This document shows positions 55,019-64,000 of a stretch of DNA of 64,000 nucleotides, piece after piece. A program made the position numbers and the translations under genes. The first letter of the stretch is position 1. Each line of letters begins with the position of its first letter. Source of the stretch: Azolla caroliniana. Lineage: Eukaryota; Plantae; Polypodiophyta. The stretch is taken from contig JBHGNT010000152.1 of the NCBI GenBank assembly GCA_043228905.1, positions 558-64,557 of the forward strand, read 5' to 3'. The notes beneath the pieces are model-generated. The model saw only the letters and a list, made by a program, of their open reading frames with translations. It did no database searches and was not told the origin of the DNA.

Positions 55019-57956
55019 ATGCCCATAGTCATAAACAGCTTAGAAAGATTATAGACCGAATTGCACGAGGACATCGCAACTCTTTAAAATAACAACGAAG
55101 AGTTGTTCCCGCAGGTGCTCCTCAATCTGTCGTAGAATACACTACCCGATCTTTCGGGTGGCCTAGAAATCCTGAAAGATCTAGAAGTCTCTTCGGTTGT
55201 GGAACTGATTATTGGATTTTAGGATTTCTTCATTCCGATTGTATTTGCAATAGGATTCATCTCCCTTACATTGATTATAGTAGCCAAGACTCTTTCATGT
55301 ACAAACCGTTTCGTGTAAAGATGGCTATTTTCTACGAACTACAAAGATATAGGTACTCTACACTCAATCTTTGGTGTCACGGCTGGAGTAATGGGCACAC
55401 GCCTCTTAGTACTAATCTGTATGGAATCAGCATAACCCGGCCATTAAATTCCTGGTGGAAATCATTAACCTTATAATGTGTTAATAATCGCTTACGCTTC
55501 TTTAACGACATCCCTTCCGGTTACGCTGGCGATGACAGGTGGATTCGGTAACCGGTTCGTTCTGATTCTTACAGGTGCACCTGACACGGCATTTCTATGA
55601 TTAAATAATATTCTATTTCGGTTGTCGTCATCTTTGCTGTTGCTTTCATCAAGTTTAGCCTCAGTAGAGGTGGGTAGTGGCACTGGGTGGACGGTTAAAA
55701 AGGCCGTGCCCTGTGGAGACATAGGGAACAGTAATTCCGCTCGATGCAGGAACGTCCTCGCTACAGAAAAAAAGGCTAAGCCGGGCCGCAGGCCTTCAAC
55801 AAAATCCAAACTGCTATATGCAAAAACCTTTCCCACAAGGGGACAACCTGCCTGGGAGGGCGAATCTTCCCTCCCATCAGAGACTCAATGCGGAATATCT
55901 ATCACTCTGCGGATAGCTTGTGGGTGTGAGCTGCTTCAGCAGGCAGCATCGTGCTCTAAGACGCGAGTACAACCTGAGTCTCCCTATTGCTTGCCCAAGG
56001 CAAATACAATCTACAGATCCTTTACTACGTCAGGAAGATGCTTAATGTAAGGTCTGTCAATGCGGCGCATAAGATCATGGGAGTGTATCAGATCGAAAGA
56101 TGCTAGCTTTTTCTTATATTTGGTCAATATCCATACTTGATTAGTAAGCATTTCTATTGCGAGGGAGTTCGTAAAGCCAGCCCATCAGGTATTAAAAGAT
56201 CCAAAGCAGCAGCTCTCAATAGGGCACAAGTGCTACATCCGTAAAGATTCAAGGGGTGCTACTCTTCTAGAGACTTGTGTCAATCTCGGAGGTATGGCCG
56301 CTGACCTTGATCGGCTTACCGGCTTTATAGAGGCAGAGAGACCTCATACAGGAAGGGCAGAAAACAAGGCGCTTCCCGAACCGAAGAAGAAGAAGCGGTT
56401 GGCCGAATTGGCCTTTATCAGGGGCTATGGGACGAAGGCCACATATTCTTACTCAGCCGCCCGCCCTTCATGCTGAAGCCGCTTCTTTTCTTTTCTTTCT
56501 TGCGCGCCCTTATTGATTCAAGACTGTCTACAGTGGGACAGTGCTTGGTACAAGTTAGCTCTTCTAAAGCGATTCGTATAAAATCACTAGAGCTGAAGCT
56601 CCGGTCAAGGGCCATCCGCCATAAGAATAATCGGGAAAAGTTCGAGTAGACCTGAGGGATTCTCTAAAGGAAAGGCTTCATGACAGGATGATAGATAAAG
56701 GTACAGTCCGATCCATACAGAGACATATGGCGTATAGCATTAGGCAAACACAACCTGAGGCTATTTAACATATGTGCTATCCCCCTCTGAGTAGTATAAC
56801 CAGTCATTCCGGAGGAGCTGTTGATTTAGCCACTTCTAGTCTCTACCTATCAGGTGTTTTCTTTATTTTAGGTTTCATTAATTTTATAACCATTATCCTT
56901 AACACGCGCGGACCCGGAATGACCATGCATAGATTATCCCTATCCGTTCGGTTCGTTTCAGTGACAGCATTCCTACCTTTACCACCTCCTCTCGTACCGG
57001 CGGGTGCAATTACCATGTCATCAACCGATTGAAACTCTAATATCATCTCTTCTGACCCTGCTGGAGGAGGGGACCCTATCTTATACTAGCATCCTTCTCG
57101 GCTCCCCGGTTATCTAGAGGTTCATACTTTTATTCCGTCAGGACTTGGTATCATTAGTTATATCGTCTCCACTCTCCCCAGAAAACCTGTCTTCGGTTAT
57201 TCAGGCACGGTGTATGCCATGATCAGTATTGGAGTTCCTGGATTTACTGCTCGGGCTTATTATACGTCTACTGTAGGCTCAGACGTGGATACACGTGCCT
57301 ACTTCACGGCGGCCATCATGATTATTGTCGTGCTTATTGGAATCAAGGTTCCTAGTCGGATTGCCATCATGTGGGGAGGCTCAATATAATACAAAACACT
57401 CATGTCATTTGCAGTAGGGTCTACTTTTCCGTTTACTATAGGAGGACTTACTGGTATAGTCTCGGCTAATTTCGGGATAGACGTTGCTCTATATGATACT
57501 TATCACGTGGCTGCATATTCCTATCATGCATTTCTTACGGGAGCTGTTTCTGCTTTATTCGTAGGGTTCTACTACCGGATAGGTAAAATGCCTGGTCTTT
57601 AATACCTAGAGACTTCGGGTTAAATTTATCTTTGGATTACTTTCCTTGGAGCGAATCTGACTCTCTCTCTCACGCATCTCCCAGGTCCTTCGGGCATGCC
57701 ATGTTGCATCCCTGATTATCCAGATGCTTACGTCGGACGGAATGCCTCAAGTAGTTTCGGCCCTTATGTTCTCGTACCGGGGATCCCTCGTTCTTTTGTA
57801 GTAGTTTTCAAAACTTCGAGCAGTGGGAACAAGTGTGCTCTAAGTCCTCGGGCTGGTGAATAGAATTCAACCACATTCGAATGGATGGTATAAAGCCCTC
57901 CAGCTTTTCATACTTTTGGAGAACTTTCAGCTATCAGGGAAACCAGTCTTAAGCAA
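55019..57956 (+). CDS. cox1: Cytochrome c oxidase subunit 1, 2 exons, editing-dependent; probable N-terminal extension
   Basis: Conserved part begins at 55301 ([19 protein letters not shown]). Exon 1 ends 55695; exon 2 56777-57956 (CAA edited stop, or TAA at 58005-58007). The nearest in-frame upstream ATG is at 55019. Confidence 0.9.
55696..56776 (+). other. Group I intron cox1i395g1 with LAGLIDADG remnant
   Basis: Splits GWTV/YPPL after a U and ends in G; insertion at nt 395 of the conserved frame; [10 protein letters not shown] motif at about 56310-56340. Confidence 0.88.
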
Positions 57957-58244
57957 CCGGAACCACCGAATGGAACATGCCTGATTCCTATTTTTCGCCG
58001 CTTGTAACCTTGCCCTTAGCTGTCAGTTCTGGTTACGCAAATCACTTTGGCGTTCAGCCGCGTACCATCATCGGGTCCTCCCCAATGATAAGCTTGGTGC
58101 TTGACCGGCAGAGAAAAGTGGTCCGCATCCGCAAAAGACGAGCAGATCCTGCAGCGAAGAGAACTTGAACTTTTACGCATAATGAAGAACAAAGGAAAGA
58201 TACCAGAATACCGAAACAAACTACTACAAATAGAAGGACAATCC

Positions 58245-58375
58245 ATTCCGTATTAGCTTTCTCGTTCGCTACTTCGTCTTCAACTGTTCCATAGAATTAG
58301 AACAGAAACGACGTCCAACTTGCTGCATGTGTTAGGCATATTGCTAGCGTTCATTCCGGGCCAAGATCAAGCCCA
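58245..58375 (-). pseudogene. Degenerate fragment of the SSU rRNA 5' end
   Basis: Reverse complement GCTTGATCTTGGCCCGGAATGAACGCTAGCAATATGCCTAACACATGCAGCAAGTTGGACG resembles AGAGTTTGATCCTGGCTCAG..GAACGCTAGC.ATATGCTTAACACATGCAAGTCGAACG. Confidence 0.7.
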
Positions 58376-59252
58376 GTTCTTTAGTCAATCCCTGCCATAC
58401 GAGGGAGGCAGGTTGATGATCTCTTAGTAAGTTATTAGCCAAAGCTAATAACCGTAAGCGGAACGGCCACTGACAAGGCGGATCATCCTACATTCCGGAT
58501 ACTTTCCCGGCCGGTGCAACGGCCGAAGATGCGGAAGATAAGGGCCGGGATCCTGATAGGCCAAAGCTGCTTGCTTTTCGGAAATACTTCTTATTGTAGT
58601 TACAGTTTTGTCTGGCGGCAAGGGTCAATAGCGAAAGAGCGCTTGAAGTGCCATGGCTTTCCCTTGGCTGTTGGTGAGAATACTCCCGCCCGTCATTCGC
58701 CGCTGTCGGTCGTTGCGACGACTACGGAAAAAGAAAAGTCCAATAATTGATCAAAAGGCTACTAATACGAATTGAAATAGCCTCAAAATGATGCCATCGT
58801 TTCCGCTAGAGAAATCAACGATATGACCTACAGAAGTTTACCCCCAATCGACCTGCGGCCTGGATGTCGTAAGATATTGGCTAGCAGTGGTTTGGTTTGC
58901 AGCATCATTTATGCATTCATTGTGGCTGAAGAAGCGGTCTACTATAAGATCCAGCAGTGAGTTGGGCTAAGCCGTGATCCCCTTTTTGCAAAATAAAATA
59001 TACCCCCTTTCCCCCCAATAATTGAGATAGTCGTCGTTTTTGCTTCCAACACTATGGATGGTTAGAATGTATACAGCCTGTAGCTGTTGTACTGCTCGTA
59101 GCCCTCGTTACGTTATTTTGTGCCGCTTCATCGTTGAGTCTTCTTGCCCAACCTTTTCGTTAGTAGTGTTTGCAGTAATGGGTGTAATCTCCCGCCAGGT
59201 CTCCGGTTTCACTTCCGCTGCTGTAATGACATGTGCCCATTCTTCCGCCCGC

Positions 59253-59293
<41 letters not shown>

Positions 59294-60014
59294 AAGGGGA
59301 ACTCCAAAGAGGCAAAGAATTAGCAATGCCCACAGCCTCGGTAGCGTAGCAGGATCTTCCAGTGAGTGTTGAATAAGCAAAATATACGAGGCCATTGGAC
59401 CTCATCAAACTCTTTTGCGACACCTTTTCGTTCGACTAAACAAATCAGCGAGACCGTGCTGCTGCTGCGTGGGACCTCAAACAGTTGCCTGATACTTCAG
59501 GCGTGTAAATAAGAAAATCCAAATAACAATTGTTACGTTTATAGCCTATAACTGGCTTGATCCGGCTTTCTTTCTTGGGCGAGGCCCGAAAGAAAAGAAA
59601 AGAAAAGAAAAGAAGCCGTTTAAAGTCTGACAGACTGTAAAAGAGTAAGTATTAGCCATGGTGATTCTATTTTGTTCTTCTTAATATATTAAAAGTTATT
59701 ACTTCGGAAACGGTAGAGCCTCTAGCAAGCCGGTGGTGCAAGCGAATAAGGTGAATGGGACCCTACTTTTCTATCGGGAGTATTTCGTTTTATGAAAAAA
59801 CCTCATAAAGCCCGTATATGCCCGGGTTCATATATCAAAATAAACCCTAATCTTGGCTCGGAAAGTCGAAGCGGGAAGTGGCCGAATGAAAAAAGCGTTT
59901 GATTTCAGTAAATCCGCTTTCAAAAGAGAGATTCGAATCGTATCTCCTCCCTTAATGCCAAAGTATACTTCGTATTCAAGAAGGAAAAACGAAGTGCAAT
60001 GAGTTTAATGGTGC

Positions 60015-60317
60015 TCGACCTTTCATGCGATTAGGAAATTCCACGGCAATGGTCCCGCGAATTCGAGAAGTTACCACCGGAATGGCCAGCCCAATTGCGA
60101 ATTCCGCAACTGCCACCGTTAACACTAGTAAAGTGAGTGATTAACCCATCATATCATCCGAATAGACAGAAAATACCGGAGAGTTCAAATTGACAGCCAA
60201 TAACATTAACTCAATTAGCGTCGGCATAATAGTAATATTCCTTCTATTTGAGAGAATTCCCTGAATACCTGAAAGAGAGGAAATCATGGAAAATGTCAAA
60301 TATTTGACCAGATCCGT
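60015..60317 (-). CDS. nad4L: NADH dehydrogenase subunit 4L, editing-dependent
   Basis: ACG start (M)[11 protein letters not shown]...NRRNI...[11 protein letters not shown]...DDMMG*...[13 protein letters not shown] then CGA (edited stop); 303 nt; no intron. Confidence 0.95.
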
Positions 60318-60537
60318 AAGAAAAAGTCTTTCTTCGTTTCATAAAAATCGTAGTGAGATTGGTTCTTTATAATCATGGCTGTTTAAAAAGAAGTGAAAAG
60401 GGGCAAGTAATCCCATATACCAATATAGCGAAAAGTGACCGAAGCATGATGCAGGTTCGGTTGAAAGGAAGAACCCGCTAGCCCGCCCTGAACAAGGGCA
60501 AAGCATTCCGTAGGTATATAATCTAATGTGCACTTTC

Positions 60538-60611
60538 CGCATCCTACAGGACTTGAACCTGTGACCTTCAACTTAGAAGGTTGTTGCTCTATCCGACTGA
60601 GCTAAGGATGC
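60538..60611 (-). tRNA. trnR(UCU): tRNA-Arg(UCU)
   Basis: GCATCCTTAGCTCAGTCGGATAGAGCAACAACCTTCTAAGTTGAAGGTCACAGGTTCAAGTCCTGTAGGATGCG. Confidence 0.93.
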
Positions 60612-60632
60612 TGTGCATTACAAACACTTCTA

Positions 60633-60719
60633 GGCTTTTCAGTTAAGTCAGGTAAAACTTGCTTGCCTTTTCGCCGAAAAAGCAATAGAAAAAAGTTATG
60701 AATACAAGAAAGAAGAAAC
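60633..60719 (+). repeat. 87-bp direct repeat of 19010-19096 (first 41 bp also at 49306-49346)
   Basis: GGCTTTTCAGTTAAGTCAGGTAAAACTTGCTTGCCTTTTCG|CCGAAAAAGCAATAG...AAGAAAC. Confidence 0.9.
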
Positions 60720-61937
60720 CGCAACCGCAGCCCTGGATGATTCTTCCTGAAGTAAGTTCTAAAGAATGCCCTAACCAGATTGATTTATCCATTTCACGTA
60801 ATTCGGTCGGTTACGTGTTTTTCATAGCACCTTTCATGTCGTGCCACATAAAGATGGATTACCTAAAATCAGTTGAATTCCTAAATCATGAAAACAACTT
60901 TCACACGACGGCATCAAACGGGGCAAATCATCCATCTAGGAAGAACAGGATGTGGTTCCCAAAGAATGCTTTGACACCAGTGTTTCCTTCCTGTACTCCA
61001 GTGTTTTCGGAGCATCCTAATGGTTACACAAAATGGTCAAAACCTTAAAGACTTTGGGATTATTAGAAACGAATACTTCCCACACGTGTTCTCTAGGAGA
61101 GATTAGTCTCCCGCGAGTGCCTAAAGAATAGACAATCGACACTTTCTTTTTCAACGAAGGGAGTCCTTCACATTCCCATAGCCCTTTCTCTCTAGCTTTC
61201 TCTTGCTATACCGTCGCCGTTGCTGTTCTCAACCCTTTCATAATGTTACGCGGGCAGGAGAGCACTGAGGTAAAGTAACGGACGAGGGGGCACTATGATG
61301 GGTGGAAGGGGCGGGCCGGTGATTTTCAAGAGCGGATACCTATCCCTAAACAAGGCACAAACCTTATCGACATACAGGTTCCTACTTGCTTGAAGGCCTA
61401 TTAGCACAACTTTGTTGAAGATCGCCCAAAGTAGTACCTTCCTATAAATGTCAACGTCCAGTGTTCGCTCAACAATGTTATCCCTAGAATCCTCGAAAAT
61501 TCATTGTCAGAAGCCCGGAAGACCCCTTGTAAGAACAGGAACCTGCCTTAGGCAAGCTACCACTTCACTTGGCCGGCAAGCTACCTGAATCTGCCGGTTC
61601 TTCGTAATGAGGAGAGGCCGGATCTCGATTCGTGCACTTTCCTATTGCCAGGTGGCTTCCTGGCCCTACCACTTTTGTTTTCAAAGGTGCTAGTTTTTTG
61701 TTTGTTTTGTTTTTTTGGCTGGCGCTTCAGTCATGAAATGAGTAACGAATAATAATAATATTCCGGCTGCGCGCTGTACTTTTCACTAACGCTTTTCGAT
61801 GAAGCGGTTCATCGTGGCATGACTCGCCGCTTTCATTAACAGAATGGCTTTCTGCTGCTGCATAGGAGCGCGAAAGCAGCACCCATGTTGGCTGGGCTGG
61901 GCTGGGCTGGGCTGGGCTGGCGAAGTCTCAACACCCG

Positions 61938-61972
<35 letters not shown>

Positions 61973-62310
61973 CCTCTATGAGCTGCAAGTACCTACCCGC
62001 ATAATTTCCTTTAAGAGACCCTATTACATGACTAGGTCATTCCTTAACAGTGTGTGGAAGGTTAGAGAACCATCCACGAGGACCAGCCCGAAAAGAAAAG
62101 CTGCCTCCTGAACAAGTCACCTATAGCGTTGACGTGGACAAGCCCGGGATGCGCCCTCAGAGGCTGACCTGCGGCCGGCGGAAGAAGCGGAAAACCGCTC
62201 TTCTTTTCTTTGGCACTCTGGATCCACCTGCTAAACAAGCGGTGCTCCAGAAACCAGCAAATCGCCTACCAAAGATAGACAGGGAAAGCGTGTTCTGAAA
62301 GCAGCAGGCA

Positions 62311-62384
62311 GCACCGATAGCTCAATCGGATAGAGTACCTGGCTTCGAACCAGGTGGTTAGAGGTTCAAGTCCCCTTCGGTGCA
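62311..62384 (+). tRNA. trnR(UCG): tRNA-Arg(UCG), chlamydial-like
   Basis: GCACCGATAGCTCAATCGGATAGAGTACCTGGCTTCGAACCAGGTGGTTAGAGGTTCAAGTCCCCTTCGGTGCA; anticodon TCG; unlike the neighbouring native trnR(UCU). Confidence 0.92.
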
Positions 62385-63032
62385 CACAAACCTTCCTTGA
62401 ATGTTTCATAGAACGGTGTTGTTCTCCGGGAATTCTCGGTCGGCATGTTGGAGTGTCGGAGCCAAACCTTAATCTCATTTAAGTGGTATGGCGCTGCTAG
62501 ATGACATTTGGTTCATTATCTTCTTCATACATAGAGGTAGGCAATTTCAGGCGCTACAACCCTACCTTAACCGGGCCACTTCACGTTTGGTTATTATTAA
62601 CGTGAGAAATCGATAGGACCAAGTAAATTAGCGTACCATTGGTTTGCTGCTTTCTTTGAGGTCCTTTCCAATTCGTTTCTGCAAACTCCTTTCTTTTCAC
62701 CTAGTGAGAGGAAAGTGCCTTAAGAAGGCATTTCAAGACGAAAGTAGGTTGGTTGTGAGCAGCTGACTATATGCGCCCCTCGCACACTGTCTTAGCATAA
62801 ACTGCGGGACGGGATTCATCAAATAAATAGGGGCGGCGGCCCGGCCCGGCCCGGCCCGGCCCGGCCGGATGAAGCCGGCCAAAAGGCAGGCACAAGCCAA
62901 AGAACGACGATATCGGCCTTCATGCTTGCTTGCTTGCTTGCTTGCTTGCTGCCGTTGTATATCACCGCATGAAGGCCTAGAAATCCACATGAAGCAAGCA
63001 CGATGAACCGCTTCTTCCGCATGAACCGCCTT

Positions 63033-63064
<32 letters not shown>

Positions 63065-63138
63065 ATGAAGCCGCACGGTTCAACGCCAAGGAATAAAGGC
63101 AAAGTAACCGGCCGGCTCGTAAGTAATTATTTAATTTC

Positions 63139-63211
63139 AGGAGAATAGTTCCAATGGTAGAACAATGGTCTCCAAAACCAAAGGTTAAGGGTTCGAATCC
63201 CTTTTCTCCTG
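63139..63211 (+). tRNA. trnW(CCA): tRNA-Trp(CCA)
   Basis: AGGAGAATAGTTCCAATGGTAGAACAATGGTCTCCAAAACCAAAGGTTAAGGGTTCGAATCCCTTTTCTCCTG; native type. Confidence 0.93.
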
Positions 63212-63966
63212 ATTACCTGGCTTGGTACGAAGAGGTTGCGGGTCTCTTTACCTTGTTTTATCACCGGAATAGTCGAGACGACCTAGAATAGGCCTCTCTC
63301 CAAGTCCATACATGTCTATTGCCAGGGTTCTTCCTCATCCATAATACTCTGCTTTCCAGATCTCGAGGATGTTGGAGTAGAACAGGCGGCATATAATTCA
63401 AAAGAACCATCGGTATCAGTACCGATGCCGTACATGGTACTATTATGTATGTATGTATGTTAGGATACGCATCAGAGTAAAATGACGTAGCTTCGCCACT
63501 ATCTAGTTGGATTTCCATTGAAACATTACCAAATTAGATTTTCCGCACCTATTTCTTTCAGAACAGCTAGCCAAGTCAGACCTTGGGCCTATCTCTATAG
63601 GTTGGTTTTTCAGATCCCATCACTCCAGGCTCAGTCGATCTTGGATCTTGCTCAATAGATCATATCTTTGGTATCTCACTGCCTGCGGTTCATCGCTGAA
63701 GGCGTTTGTTTAACTGTCTGTGCGGGGTCCATCGCTTCGCCTAGTCCTTGCACATGGTAGCACTTGGTTGCACTCATTCCTTCTTCGCATGGCTTAATGC
63801 ATGCAAGAAGTATCCGTTCCGTAAAGGCAACGTTTCTCCAAGAAAGAAGAGCGAGGCATGCGGCGTTGCCGATGAAAGGCGGCGATGCCTTCCAAGCCGA
63901 GTGAGAAGAATGACTCAGACAAGAAGGCTATGAATGAGCAATGCTTTGAATGCCGCCTTAGGATCC

Positions 63967-64000
63967 TGGAGTAAAAGGATTCGAACCTTTGCGTGTCGGT
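63967..64000 (-). tRNA. trnQ(UUG): tRNA-Gln(UUG), 3' half, truncated by the window edge
   Basis: Reverse complement ACCGACACGCAAAGGTTCGAATCCTTTTACTCCAG matches the native trnQ 3' end; the anticodon lies outside the window. Confidence 0.75.

Noticed and set aside
59400-60010. Possible tatC downstream of nad4L
   Set aside because: No recognisable TatC sequence in the frames examined.

Overview
This is land-plant mitochondrial DNA, almost certainly from a leptosporangiate fern. The evidence is native mitochondrial genes full of in-frame TAA/TAG/TGA codons (implying U-to-C editing), ACG starts and CAA/CAG/CGA stops (implying C-to-U editing), the fern-type intron atp1i361g2, cox1i395g1 and a chlamydial-like trnR(UCG). 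Because of this editing the supplied ORF track misses nearly every real gene, so genes were read by hand. Protein genes: atp4, atp6, nad1 (2 copies, 3 group II introns), rps12-rps7 (2 copies), rpl2-rps19-rps3-rpl16, rps14, atp1 (plus an orphan exon 2), rpl6-rps13-rps11, cox1 and nad4L. There are 16 complete tRNA loci and a partial trnQ at the window edge. Architecture: an 11.65 kb inverted repeat (5177-16830 / 31011-42664) and a 2.8 kb direct repeat (16264-19050 / 46560-49346). Foreign DNA: plastid atpB, trnM, accD, rpoC1 and trnN pieces, and linear-plasmid RNA polymerase fossils. Most notable observations: (1) a 94-codon, stop-masked, membrane-anchored N-terminal extension of cox1, with a decayed paralogue elsewhere in the window; (2) a shared AACTGCCATGAAT leader motif in front of six unrelated genes; (3) gene boundaries apparently written by editing, including an rpl16-like head fused in frame to rps14; (4) a family of tiny ATGAA/TTCAT palindromic insertions. 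All editing statements are inferred from homology, not observed in RNA.
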